A stretch of DNA of 62,885 bases, filler included, from Folioceros fuciformis (GCA_049999805.1; 13 parts of 13 records of this genome joined end to end with filler, not necessarily neighbours in it), one strand, 5' to 3'. Counted from the whole stretch's first letter, positions 1-12,343 are shown. Translations and numbers: made by a program. The notes: generated by a model from the sequence alone, not told the origin.

Positions 1-3000
1 AGTCTTTTTCTGATATAGGTTCTTGAAGCGCTGTAAGCTGAGAAGACATGGAGGCGGGAGTAGTGCACGGCTTCACATTCTCCATGTTGAACTTCTTCAA
101 CACCTGAACCACGTAAGCCTCTTGTGATAATCTGATTTGCCAATTTGCTTTGTCTCTCTTCACATTAATACTAGGAAAGAGTGTGACTCTCCCAGGTCTG
201 TCATAGAAAACCTGGATGAGAGTATGCTCTTTGCTTTGGCTAGAGTTCCTGTTAGGCTATTGGACACCAATATGGTGTCATCAACGTAAAGCACAAGGAT
301 TACGAAGCCATCCTTGTCTCTAAACCGAAACACATTCAAGTCTGATGCATTTTGCTCAAACCCCATCTCAAGTAGGTAATCTTTATGCAGGCAAACCAAC
401 GATTTGGGCTTTGCTTAAGTCCATATAAAGCTTTTCTCAACTTACACACTAGGTGCTCATAGCCTTGCTTGACTGCATAGCCTTGCGGCAGCTCCATGTA
501 TATGTCTTCTTCGATTTTTCCATGAAGGAAGGCGGACTGTACGTCCATCTGATGAAGCTCTAAGTTTTTGTATGCAGCTAAAGCGATCAAGTACCTTACT
601 GAGCTCATTCTGACGACCGGTGAAAAGGTTTCTAAAAAGTCCTCACCAGCTCTTTGTGAATAACCCTTGATGACCAGTCTAGATTTGTACTTGTCCAATG
701 TGCCATCAGCTCTGTATTTAGTCTTAAATACCCACTTTGTGCTTATAGGTTTTCTGCCTGGTGGCAGAGGCACCAAGGTCCAGGTATCATTCTTTATTAA
801 TGCATCTAGCTCCTTCTGAATGGATTCTTTCCATATTTCTGAATTTGGCCCATTTATGGCCTCTTCATAGCTACCAGGATCCTCACCATGTTGTGCATCT
901 TCAGCTGCCAAAGCTGTTTCTTCCATAAGTGATCCTTTGTGGTTATACGTTAGCGGCGGCTCTTTCCATAAGTCCCTCGGCAGTCTAGTTCTGCTCGAGC
1001 GCCTAGGCACAGTCTGTTCATGATCTGAATGACTGTCTTCCTCATTTCCAGAGTGCGGGTCCATGACATTTGGTTGTTCATTTGCAGGCAGTTGCGGTGC
1101 ATTGATGTCTGGCACCGTACCTCCTCCTGGATTAGGAGATCCCACGGTTCTGGGTTGTGGAGACACATGCTGATGTGGTGTTCCAGGTCCTTGTGCAGGC
1201 CCTGGTTGTAGGACATCAGGGACGACGTCAACGGGTTCTGAAGGGTAGTGCCCCGACTCACCTTCATTCAAAGGTTCGGAGTTGAGATCTTCTCTCCCTT
1301 TTACCAACATCCACATGTGCTCCTCCTTAAAGATAACATTTCTACTGTAAACAATTTTCCTTGTTTTCGGGTCTATTAGCTTGAAACCCTTAACACTGCC
1401 TGAATATGAATAGCCTATGAACATGAGCCGCTGTGATTTTGGATCCCATTTCTTCCGAAGCTGGTCAGGTACGTGAGAGTACGCAACACAGCCGAACACA
1501 TGCATGTAGCTAAGATCTGGTTTCGCTCCCATCCATAACTCGTACGGCATGTGTCTGGGGATTTTATTTGATGGCAGCCTATTTTGAGCGTGGACAGCAA
1601 TAGCTATGCCCTCCGCCCAATATGTCTTAGGTAATTGTGCTGCTTGCAACATGGACCGAGCAGCATTGTTCAAATCCTTGTTGCGTTTTTCCGCGACTCC
1701 GTTCTGCTGCGGAGTATGAGCCACCGAAAAATGTCTGTGAATTCCATGCACCTTGCAAAATTCATTGAACTGATCTGAGATGTACTCTCCACCATTGTCA
1801 GATCTCAACACCTTCAATTGTTTCATGGTTTGTCTCTCGGCGTAACTGATGTACTCTTTGAATCTATCAAAGACCTCAGATCTCTTGTGCAGAAAATACA
1901 CGCAAGTGAAATGGCTCTTGTCGTCTATGAACGTAACATAGTAGCAGCTGCCACCCAGGGACTGGTTCTCCATCGGTCCGCACACGTCTGTGTGCACCAA
2001 GTCGAGAAGCTGTTCTGACTTGGTTTTACTCTGGGGATGTGGCAGTCGTTCTTGCTTTCCGAATATACACGGTTCGCAAGAGAGATCTGTCGCAACCTTA
2101 AATGGCTTAACACCGTGGGCAAGCTCTCCTTGAACGAGATCACTTAGCTTGCGGAGAGATGGATGCCCCATACGCCGATGCCACAATCTGGTGAGAGATT
2201 CTTCTTCAGTTGTGTTGCAAGCTTCATGAGACTTCAGGGACCTTACGTCCAATAATATTAACCCTTTATCGGGTGATCCAGTCATGAGAGGTACGCTTGG
2301 ATTGGTCTTAAGACTGAGTGTTGTAACATCATCTTCTATTAAAATTCTGTATAGCTTCAGTTTGCCAAGACTAATCGTGGACATTAAATTCTTCCTTAAT
2401 GCAGGCACAAATAGAATTGGATACAGGTACAACGTTGAGCCGGATAGTAGCTTAAGAGCTACTTTGCCCTGCCCAAGTATTAGACAAAGTCTGTCATCTC
2501 CAAGTGCAACTTGTCTCGGCGGGTTGAACGGTTCGAACTCCCTCATAATTCCAGCATCGAAACAGAAATGGTTCGATGCACCGGAGTCGAGAAACCAATG
2601 AGCACTATTTGGTTGTGAGGATAAAGCACACGTAGCAATAAAGCAACCTGCAGACGACGGCTGCGAGCTCTGTGTGGTTTTCGTAGAGGTAATACCCCTC
2701 TTTTGATCATCGAATTTCTTCTTACGGCATTCTTTCCAAAAGTGCCCTGGCTTCTTATAGTATGAGCACTTGAAGCCGCGCTTATTGAAATTCGGATTGC
2801 TATTAGACCCTTGTTGGTCTTTGTTCTGAGTCCAGTTCTTTCTATTCTTCTGAAACCGGCCTCTCGTGAACAGGGCTCCACCTCTGTCGGCTGAGTGCGG
2901 GCTCCCCGTAAGTCGTTTTGTATTTTCGTGTTGATACATGGCAGATATTACCATAGAGACCGTAAGATTCGGTCTACCTTGTTGAGAGGTAATAAAGACT

Positions 3001-3605
3001 GACCATGAAGATGGTAATGAGGCCAGCAATATTACTGTAGCATGCTCTTCAGTTACCGTTGTACCGAGTGAAGCCAGCTTCGAACGATTTACTCTGAACT
3101 GTGTTATGTGTTTTTCTACGGTGTCAGATTCACTCATCTTGCATTGATAGAAACTTTGTGTTGCCATCACTAAGGCGAGTGTATCCTTCAAATCATAGCT
3201 GTCTTGAATCTGATCCCATGCTTCCTTTACCGTAGTTGTGCTTAGCATATGGTGCATTGTCTCTGTTGACAATGCCTGCATCAAAATAGTTCTTGTTTTT
3301 CATTCGTCTTTGTCCCATGCTGTTGTATCCCTCGTCTCTGCTGCTGTTGAACGTGCAGGATCTGTAGGAACTGGTCTGGCATCTTGTCCTGTGACATGGC
3401 CCCAGATTTCCTTGTCCTCTAATATAGCCTTTAATCTTGTGGCCCAGATTTCGAAGTCCTTGCCCGTGAACCTGTCTTTCTCCTTAAACTCAAATGTAGT
3501 GTAATTATTTACTGTTGCCATCCTTGGTCTTCTTCCTCTTCTAATTACAATCGGATGACGGGTCGGTGTAGGTGGGTAAGGTGGCGGAGTCGGAGGCGAG
3601 GACAT
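1..3605 (-). pseudogene. copia gag-pol polyprotein, disrupted
   Basis: Motifs: FKEKDRFTG..W gag N-terminus, degenerate CCHC (CSYYKKPGHFWKEC), WFLDSGAS protease, HTDVCGP/RSDNGGEY integrase, KSRLVIKG..QMDV..LYGLKQ and LYVDD RT. In-frame TGA at 3300-3302; frameshift near 390. Confidence 0.95.
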
Positions 3606-3611
3606 ACACCT

Positions 3612-4167
3612 TTACAGCTTCAGACATGTGTCTGGCTGCTCCGGTGCTGCAGCGATCAGTGTCGCTTCTGTTTTATGGTCCGCCTCTGAACAGGTTCGTG
3701 TGGGTGACTCTGTGAGTTTCACTAAATTTGGTAGCAGGGTGTTAATCCTGTCTAATGACTGATTTAGTGTGTTCCTCACAGCGTCCACAGCATCTACCAG
3801 GTCTTCTGATTGAAGGCAGATCGCTCTTTGATGCCTGTCTTCGTGAATCGCCTCAGACCTGGTTAGGTAAGTTAATTCCAGCAGACGATCCACCTTCGCT
3901 TTGATTTCTTGCACTGATTGTTGGGTTAGAGAGGTTTTCTCTCGTCTGAGCAGAAAGTGAGTGCCTTCTCTGATTGGCGCGCCTTGCGTACTGCGTTGCC
4001 TGGAGAGGATCCCGTCTCCGCTTAGATTCTAGGTACTGCCTGCGTTGCTGCAGCTGGCTCGAGCAACGGTGAAGCTCCTCAGCCCTTGCGAGCCAATCAA
4101 GATCAAAATTTCTAGGTGTTCGGCTTGATCCGTTACTGCTCGACCAGATGAAAGCGTCGTGTGACAT
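3612..4167 (-). pseudogene. Extra 5' ORF (ORF0) of element A, about 185 aa, one frameshift near 3915
   Basis: ORFs 3853-4167 and 3612-3914 overlap and fill the PBS-gag gap. The stop lies 6 nt before the gag ATG. Confidence 0.6.
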
Positions 4168-4251
4168 TGCGCAGCATGCGGCTTAGGTTACGAAGCTTGG
4201 GGAGATGGTGCGTATGCTTGATTCGCAGAATGGCCCAGATCGCACGCGGGT

Positions 4252-4263
4252 GCTCTGATACCA
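4252..4263 (-). promoter_or_regulatory. Primer binding site (tRNA-iMet)
   Basis: TGGTATCAGAGC immediately after an LTR-terminal CA. Confidence 0.95.
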
Positions 4264-4315
4264 TGAGCGACAAATTGTTTATATGAACACACACTTCATT
4301 CATCGAATAATGTTC

Positions 4316-4415
4316 NNNNNNNNNNNNNNNNNNNNNNNNNNNNNNNNNNNNNNNNNNNNTTAATTAATTAANNNNNNNNNNNNNNNNNNNNNNNNNNNNN
4401 NNNNNNNNNNNNNNN
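4316..4415. other. Artificial contig linker (first of 12; others at 5742, 9576, 12244, 15258, 24637, 29514, 33694, 46062, 51170, 57145, 59468; each 100 nt)
   Basis: Identical N-run/TTAATTAATTAA/N-run cassette. It puts stops in all six frames. Confidence 0.99.
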
Positions 4416-5741
4416 TATTCAGTAATTAGGTTAATTAGGAACCTTAGTAGTAAACCCTAATATGACAGTTATTATGGTTGTAACTACATTGTGCGGTGAC
4501 GCTGACTTAGCGTTCAATCGCCTAAGGAAATCTATCGATCCTAAATATCTTTCCATGGTATCAGAGCACAGTCTCTGCAATGTGTCCGGTCTGCAATAAT
4601 TCTGCGTGCTGCAATGCGATCACTGTCACTGAATTGGGTCGTTTACTCTACCTCCTTCAGATCAAGTGGCCGCATGTTGCACCAGCAGTAATTTGGGAGA
4701 TCATCCGCTCAGGTTGCTTCCCCAATTTGACCGATTGACACATTTCTCTCTTGCTTGCAATCTCTGCTAGCAACTTCTGCCAAGAAATGATTCTGCACCA
4801 TTAGTCTTCACCAAATCTTTACAAGAAGTTGCTGTAAACAAATGAGTTCCAGATTTTTCCCTGGAATAATGTATTGCAGCAGCATCTTGGGAGTATGGCG
4901 GGGCTCCAGAGGCAGCGTCGACTTGCTAGAAGGGCAGCAAGGCAAGCTGCAGATGCAGCATATTATCATCAAGAAGAGAGATTTTATCAAGAAACACTTG
5001 CACCTGGCAACAGGTGGCAGCAAGTGTGGATCAGATTGTGCATCATCCTAGAATTAATGGCAACCAACCTAGTTCAGGGATTTGACGCAAATGATGGGTA
5101 TGACTGGAGTCGGGTTGATATCTCAGATCTTTATCAGTAATAAACATGAACTCTTCGAAGTCCACGTTTGTCTTAGAATTACCTGCATCACCAAATCATG
5201 TTCAGAATATCATCTTTTCCTCTTTAGATAGCATTTACCAGCATCAACCTGAACTACCAAGTCCTCAATACATTTGGTCATATACTCACCACATAGTCGC
5301 TAAAATTCATTCCGAATTTTGTTTCGCACAAAGCATTCGCCTGCAGGTCCTCCTCGAAGTAGAGAGTCTAGTAGGTCAAATGCACTCATGTAAGGCTAGA
5401 TTTCATCCAATCCCTGAGTCATCCTAAGTGCACAAGACATGGCAAACCAACAGCCATCTCAAGGCCCAGTCATGCTGGCCAAAGAGGACAAGTTTGATGG
5501 CGAGAACTTCAGCTTGTGGAGATTCCGAATGGAGGAGCTGCTGAAGTCAAGAAACCTGTGGGAGTATGTTGGTGCTGAAGTTATCAAGGCAGAGCCACCT
5601 GCCACAGCACCAGCTGATGAAATATCAGCATGGAAGTCTGCAAATCAGCAGGCACGGACATCCCTAACAATGAGCGTAAAAAGCTCACATATTGCCTCTT
5701 TAATGGGCACAAAGACAGCTGCCAATCTCTGGCAGCAGCTC
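4416..5741 (+). mobile_element. Ty1/copia element B 5' end (LTR end 4555, PBS 4556-4567, degraded upstream ORF 4842-5427, gag from 5439)
   Basis: CA-TGGTATCAGAGC junction; gag LAKEDKFDGENFSLWRFRMEELLKSRNLWEYV. Confidence 0.93.
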
Positions 5742-6166
5742 NNNNNNNNNNNNNNNNNNNNNNNNNNNNNNNNNNNNNNNNNNNNTTAATTAATTAANNN
5801 NNNNNNNNNNNNNNNNNNNNNNNNNNNNNNNNNNNNNNNNNCCTAGCCACCTCTTGCTCCTTCTTCTTCAGTCTTTTCTTGACAGCCTCGTCCTCCGAGG
5901 ACTCCTCCTCTAGGCTGTCCCCTGCTGAAGATGAAGAGGTCTCTGCTGCTGATTCTTCTGAAGAATCGCTCTCCTCGGAGGAATCTTCATCTGAGGAAGA
6001 TGACTCCCTCTTCTTCTTCCCCTTCCAAATGCATCAATACTCTGTCACACGCGCATTTCCCGGCTGCAACCTTTGCGCTGCGAATTTCTTTTTTCAAGAT
6101 TCGGAGCTATGGCGTTTTCTCTCCTCGCTAGCATTGTGGGTCACTACTACGACTGACCCTCACGCT

Positions 6167-6931
6167 ATGCCGAGAGTGAGAGGAAGACTACCAAAAGATC
6201 CCTCCTTTGGTAGGTTTGGTGTGTTGGAGGAGCAATATCATCTCCAAAATTTGAACCGGTTCTCCACAAATCCCTGCGTTTTTACTTCCCCGACAAGTCA
6301 CAACCAAAATATAGGTCAGTACAGTCACCACACACATGACAATCGATTTAGGCACCAAGCCTCTAACCCTCTTGCAGCACTCAGAAAAGAAGTAAGACAA
6401 AATGTGCAGAATGCACGTACTGTCTCATCTCAGAGAGCACGCCAACTTACGCATCCTGCCGTTTGCAGCCATTGCACGTATGACCCAAATTCATTTCCAA
6501 CAGCAACAGATCATTTGTTAATAGAGGTCTGCAAACTAATTAAATCACAAGCAACTCAATCACTACAGCGCTCTGTCGATTTTACAAATAGAGTCAACAG
6601 CACAAACAGGCTTACTGTCAACTTGTCTTCTCAGATCAGAACTGTTACCTTGTCTACTTTAATTACTACAATTGTTGAACCCCTTGCACAAGCACCGATT
6701 CAAATCTTGAAGGAAGAGGCTTTGACAGATTGGATGAAGATGGTAAAAGTTGTGCAAAACACATTTCCAAGCCACGTGGAGCAGCTTGAAGACCTTGAAA
6801 TCAAGGCTGGGTTACAGGCCGTTGTAGACAGCAGCATATGTCATACAACGCTCTTGGTCGTGGGAGCAAGAAAACACGGGGTTCTAGAAGAATCAGAGGT
6901 TTGGGCAGAGGAAACACAACACCACCTGTGA
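6167..6931 (+). CDS. ORF0 of copia element C (254 aa, MPRVRGR..., CxxC, coiled-coil-like)
   Basis: Uninterrupted ORF from ATG 6167, directly upstream of and overlapping the gag frame. Confidence 0.6.
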   Translation: MPRVRGRLPKDPSFGRFGVLEEQYHLQNLNRFSTNPCVFTSPTSHNQNIGQYSHHTHDNRFRHQASNPLAALRKEVRQNVQNARTVSSQRARQLTHPAVCSHCTYDPNSFPTATDHLLIEVCKLIKSQATQSLQRSVDFTNRVNSTNRLTVNLSSQIRTVTLSTLITTIVEPLAQAPIQILKEEALTDWMKMVKVVQNTFPSHVEQLEDLEIKAGLQAVVDSSICHTTLLVVGARKHGVLEESEVWAEETQHHL

Positions 6932-7250
6932 CCAATCCTTCAGACGCTCTTTCCTTATTTGGTCCCACATCCCAACCTTCTTCCTCACAATGTAGTTCAA
7001 CCACGGTAGACCCAACACTCACTGCTATTCAGAGAGCACGTCTTGCACAAGCAGCCACTGTTGCACATAATACTCGCTCTACACTAGTTGCTTGCACACT
7101 AGCAGCCCAAGTCATTGCAACTATGGAGCAGCATCATCTAGTTGCCCCTATCACAAACACTACTATAGTCAACAACGTGAAGATTGACTTTAAAGAGAGA
7201 GATCGATTTGCTGGAACACAGTTTGATATTTGGGCTTTACGAATGTTGGC
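6838..7250 (+). pseudogene. copia gag N-terminus (element C), truncated
   Basis: IDFKERDRFAGTQFDIWALRM, then an abrupt junction with a minus-strand RT. Confidence 0.8.
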
Positions 7251-7253
7251 CCA

Positions 7254-8054
7254 CCAACATTCTGTACGGAACATGAGACATCTCCTAGATTTCTACTTGG
7301 GAGCTAGGGCATTGTTCCTGCGTGAGTATTGCTCCAACTGCAACTCGAGTGGCTGCAGGATTTGCATCTTTCATGTTAAGCTTATCCAGAAGTCTGTCTA
7401 CGTAATGTTTTTGGTGTAGCACAATTGTTCCAGATTGCTTATTAATCATAGCTTGTACTCCCAAGAAGAAAGTGCACTTCCCTAGATCCGTCATCTTAAA
7501 CTCCAGCAACAGGATTCTTTTAACTTCATCGAGTATATGCATGGAGGACCCTATAATCAGGGTGTCATCTACATAAAAAGGTAAGTATGTCACCTCATTA
7601 CCTCGCCTATAGATGTAGACACTTCCATCAGCTGCTGACTGCTTGAATCCGTGCTTAAGCAAAAAATTATGCAACCGCCTGTTCCAGCCCCTGAGCGCTT
7701 GTTTTAGCCCATACTGTGTTTTCTTCAATCTATAGACACATTTAGGGTGTTTCTTACTGACAAAGCCTTCTGGTTGGCTCATATAGACGGTCTCCTCCAA
7801 CACACTGTTGAGAAAAGCAGTCTGTACATCCATTTGATGTACATTATATCCTTTGGCAGCTGCTATGGCTAACAGTGTCCTAACAAATGATGAGCGTACA
7901 CAGGGGAAAAGGTTTCGTTATAATCAATGCCTTCACGCTGGGAGAAACCACGCACCACTAGTCAAGCCTTGAAGCGTGCCGTGGTGCCATCGGGATTAAG
8001 TTTACGCTTGAAAACCCAGCGGTTTGAGATTGGTGTCCTACCAGGTGGTAAATT
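7254..8054 (-). pseudogene. copia reverse transcriptase fragment
   Basis: QMDVQTAFL, QYGLKQ, FYVDD, MTDLG motifs. Confidence 0.93.
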
Positions 8055-9575
8055 TGATGAAACCTAAGGGTGGTTAGGTGAAGAGTGTTATCAGCATATT
8101 AAGAAATATAATTAATTATGTTAAGTCAACTTACCGTTTCATTAGGGTTACGTCTTTTGGCGAATAGACATACCTTTTTATATTAGTCTAAATTGGACTT
8201 ACCTGAACATACATAGTAATTGTACTTGAAGTTTCTTGACAAGATGTAATTATTTAATAGTTTAATATCTAATTAACCTACACTAAATGCTTTAGTTTAT
8301 GATGGTATCAGAGCTTTAGAGGTGTTGGTTGCATTCTAGAGAATGCACATCAAATTGTGCATACTTAGATATGCACAAACATGTGTTTTGGTTCATATCT
8401 TTTCAAGAAAATGTTTCTTGAAAATATAAACAAAACACATTCAAGAAACTAAACTTTGATTGTTTATTTGAATTTATTTGCTTGATTTTACAAACCTGAA
8501 AAAATTCCTAGCAGACCTTTTAGCAATTATGATAAAGGTCCGCTAGGACACATGTCAGATCATGAAAATAAGCATTTGAAATTGATTTATAAATTTAGAA
8601 TAAGAAGAATGCATTCCTATTCTTACAGTCAAAGTTCCAGCCATTCAGATGGCATAAAATTTAGAGGGCTACCAACGGCGACCTTATGCTGAGCGCCACA
8701 ATCCCTTGAGGGCTGGAGAGACAAGCATTTTAGAAAGGCTTCATCAAAGAGCCCAAGAATGGATCTACTGAAATCAAGACAGGCCTACCCAAATCATAGA
8801 GCTTGAACGGGCATTCAACACAATTGTGGAAAAGCTGTATCCAGATTTCCAATACCTGGCCTTTGAATCCATTCCTTGGGGACGCCCTCAAGAAGTAGCT
8901 GGTAACCCTAACAATTTTCTAACAGCGCAATCTGGCTCAGAGAATTGAATTACACTCACAGTATATTGATAGGCGTTATGCACATACAAACAGAACTATT
9001 TTAACTATGAGCATAGATGTAAGAGATGTGCAGGAACAAATTAGGCACATAGATTTCAAACTTCAAACCTTATTGAAGGCAGAGCTCTTACATTACCCTG
9101 TGTTTCATTCAGCTGCCATGAAATCTGTGAAAAATACAAACAATAGATATAAGTTTGCTGAGCCTAATGCTTGTCCTTCCTGTTCAACATATGCTCACAA
9201 CAGATGGACTAACAGAAGTAGTCAAATCATACAGAAGGAGAGAGAGCAACTTACCTCTCTGCATGATCCTATAGGGCCCGTAGAAGCCCTATGATCTGAT
9301 TTATTAGGTCTGGTCTAGGTTGATTTAGTTTCTGTTAGAGACAGCAACATTCCTACCTAGACAAATTATGGATTAATAAGGCATTTAGTATTTAGTTCAG
9401 CAATTATGCTATGTCTACGTTTTCGCAAGATAGTGATGCTGAAATAGAGACAGAAGAAGATACAGTGCCTTACGTTTATCCTACTAGAGCACATACCTCC
9501 AACATGGCAGACCTAGCACCTACGTTTGTTGCTATTTCATATGATGCCTTCAAGGAGAAGGACAGATTTGGAGGT
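8055..9575 (+). mobile_element. Ty1/copia element D 5' end (LTR about 8055-8302, PBS 8303-8314, ORF0 8649-9294, gag from about 9411)
   Basis: TG-start LTR inserted into an RT; TGGTATCAGAGC; FKEKDRFGG gag start. Confidence 0.9.
8649..9294 (+). pseudogene. ORF0 of element D, degraded
   Basis: ATG 8649 frame with stops and a frameshift. The C-terminal part (IDFKLQTLLK...KFAEPNACPSC) is homologous to 11157-11387. Confidence 0.7.
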
Positions 9576-9675
9576 NNNNNNNNNNNNNNNNNNNNNNNNN
9601 NNNNNNNNNNNNNNNNNNNTTAATTAATTAANNNNNNNNNNNNNNNNNNNNNNNNNNNNNNNNNNNNNNNNNNNN

Positions 9676-10282
9676 GGGGGGGGGGAGGGATATCACCGCT
9701 TCGCAGGGACTTTGAGTCTTGGGTGTTCCTATGGGACCTCCTCATTTTGTTCGTAGGTTTGTGGATGCAACGTTGGATGAAGATTTAGCTCATATCATGA
9801 AGCTCTCACAAATCAGTGATCCTCATATTGCGTTCGGTATTCTTTTCTCTTGTTTTGCATGGCGACTAGGTTATCCCACTCGAACTATTGTGCCTTCTCC
9901 ATTTTTCTTATCAAGTCTCAGTAAGTTTGACAATCAAGTTATGCAAGCTCTTGGGGACATCATAGGTCCTGGCACCTTCGAGTGCGCCGTTGGTGATTTG
10001 GCTTGGAAGCAAGCTTCCTTGCCGATCGCCTTTAGAGGGGTTGGCCTAGCTCCCTTAGTAGTTGGGCCCTCTTGGCTCCAATTTTGGCCTCTCAATTTTT
10101 GCTGCAAGATTTCCCTCTTCTTGAAGGTTTTATCTCAAGCATTAAGGATGTCGGTTTCCCTTTACAGGTATCTCTTAGGTGAGCGAGGGATTCTTTACCT
10201 TTGGAGGCTTATGAGGCTCTACTTTCTTTTACTTTCCAGGAAAGGGTTGAGGCATCAAGGGGTCTCCAAGCTAAAGAATACA
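9676..10282 (+). mobile_element. Non-LTR retrotransposon fragment (CRE/R2-type, post-RT region)
   Basis: VLGVPMG..FV...DPHIAFGILFSC...WKQASLPIAFRGVGL resembles the thumb and post-RT motifs of RLE-type LINEs. Confidence 0.7.
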
Positions 10283-10284
10283 TG

Positions 10285-11380
10285 TGTTGGATAGATGATT
10301 AGGGTTCAGTAGTCTAGTTAAGTTAAGAGCTTTCAAAGACATACCTCTTCATTAGGGTTACGTCGTTTGATTAGATCACAACGTTTCAAAGGTGACTTAA
10401 GTTATTCTTATGACTTATACATTATTATTGCATTCTTGACACAATGTGATTAATTTCGTATGCTTAATTGATCTGTAATTACCTAAATTTGTTATGGTAT
10501 CAAAGCAATATCATAGCAATAGGATGCAGGTTGTGCTGTAATGAATGCACATTTAAAAAATGCATTTTAAAGAATACATTTATATATTTTTCTTGTTTAT
10601 TTTGATCTAGAAATTAAGTTTCTTGATCAAGAAACAACAGAGAATAGAAAACATATATTTTGTGTTGATTGTTTATGAAGATGCACTTATAATTTCTATT
10701 AGGTTAAGGGAGTGATCCCGACGCATCCCCTCCAATTTGCTGCCTCAGCAAAATCAACAGGTATGCGCTAGGACAACTACCTAATCTATAGTCAGATTAT
10801 TAGTGGCATACATATATAACACAAAATATTTAAAAAGAAATTCTGTTTAAACAAAAATCTGGCCAAATGAATGGTCGATCGAATGGATGTCCGACATCAC
10901 CTTGCTGAGCGGATTCATCACCAGAATCGTCGCAGGGGGCCAGAAGTCATTGCACAGGCATCATGGAATGCTGCAGCAGAACGACTCCCACAAAGAAACT
11001 ATAATCATAGAGGTTTCCTAATTTCTCATTTCTCTCAATCACCTACAGTTGACGAATTGATAAACAAGATTGAGGCACACCAGCAACAAGTTGACAGGCG
11101 CTTTAATAGTATCTCACAAAGGATAACTGCAGTGACTGTTGACTTGCATGATCTAATTGGAAAAAATAGATCATTTGGACTTTAAACTACTAACCTTGTT
11201 GAAGCCTACCTTGCTTGCTAATCCTGCTTTCAGAGGAGCACCTTGTAAGCACACTAAGAAAACAAGTAGAGTTCATAAGTTTAACGATCCAAATTTTTGT
11301 TCTTCTTGTGCACTACATTCATACAACATAGTGGAGATTAGAAATCAGAGAATAGGGAACACTGCACAGCATCAGGGGTT
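10285..11380 (+). mobile_element. Ty1/copia element E 5' end (LTR about 10285-10494, PBS TGGTATCAAAGC, ORF0 10871-11387)
   Basis: LTR shares TTCATTAGGGTTACGTC and other blocks with element D; the ORF0s are homologous. Confidence 0.85.
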
Positions 11381-11387
11381 AGTGTAG
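10871..11387 (+). pseudogene. ORF0 of element E, frameshift in the A-run near 11161
   Basis: ORFs 10871-11185 and 11157-11387 join; LDFKLLTLLK...KFNDPNFCSSC. Confidence 0.7.
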
Positions 11388-11885
11388 AGGGAAAAAACTT
11401 TCGGGACTCCCCTTTTGAAGAGCAAAATAAACAGGTTGTGATTTTTTGTGCGAAGATGCGAGTGAATCGGCTTAATATGGAAATAATGCTTGGGTATTTA
11501 TACCGAAACGGCTCCTTGGCTCTTGGTGTTTTGATAGGATTGAGTGACAGGACCAAGTAGAAGCGAGTGCGAGAGTGTCCTTGGCCCTTGGTGGTTCGGG
11601 GGGCACTCTGGTGTCTATATATGCACCCCCCCCTGAAAAAAAAGAAATAGGGGTAGGGGCTTAGGTAGTTGTGGACTTAGGTGAAAAAGACGGAGTGTTG
11701 TGACTGGGCAACAGTAGCTGGATGGGCGACCATCATGGAAGTAGAACCGGCGGTAGTGGAACGGGAACGGCAGTATAAAACCCTAGAGAGACATAGGGGA
11801 ACCTAGGCAGTAATCGAGGCAGGAGCATCCGCAGGTTGAAACGGGAGCGGGATGAGGCCCAGAGCAAGGAGGCAGAGGCGAGAGG

Positions 11886-12190
11886 TGTTGAGTTATCGAG
11901 CTCTATATGAGCTAAACTCATGTGGTGTTAGTTATCCCAGTTGGGTTCATACTAGACTAGTTCTAGTTATTAGTGAACTTAGGATAGTGTAGATTATCCC
12001 ATATTGAACCTGGAAGTTGTGTAGCCCTAAATGTACTACTTAAATGGAGACCTCGGACCTCCATAGTAAGACAGTGGTGATGTGTATTGTTTTCATGGTT
12101 GTGATCACCAATACCACCCTCTCTTCTCTCCTCTCCTCTCCTACACTTGCACGTAGATTGAAGTCGATCCTATTGACATGTTATCAGAGC
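11886..12190 (+). repeat. 293-bp LTR (11886-12178) plus PBS
   Basis: TGTTGAG...TTGACA followed by TGTTATCAGAGC; near-identical to 15391-15695. Confidence 0.95.
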
Positions 12191-12343
12191 CCGGTGCAGG
12201 CGGTGCAAGATCGGCGTAGGAGGTGCTGCAAGAGGCAGCAAGANNNNNNNNNNNNNNNNNNNNNNNNNNNNNNNNNNNNNNNNNNNNTTAATTAATTAAN
12301 NNNNNNNNNNNNNNNNNNNNNNNNNNNNNNNNNNNNNNNNNNN

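Larger units (their letters stand above)
1..4315 (-). mobile_element. Ty1/copia element A (partial 5' LTR, PBS, ORF0, gag-pol truncated in RT)
   Basis: PBS 4252-4263. Domain order is gag-PR-INT-RT. Confidence 0.97.

Noticed and set aside
3300-3302. Programmed readthrough in gag
   Set aside because: The TGA lies inside the gag domain and is best explained as CGA>TGA decay.
5879-6166. Ser/Glu-rich N-terminus of the 350-aa ORF
   Set aside because: TTG start. It reads as the antisense of an unrelated K/E/S-rich fragment joined near 6028. ATG 6167 is the plausible start.
12044-12243. Duplicated small gene METSDLHSK... (also 15310-15537)
   Set aside because: It lies within the LTR and crosses the PBS. 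The identity simply reflects LTR copies.
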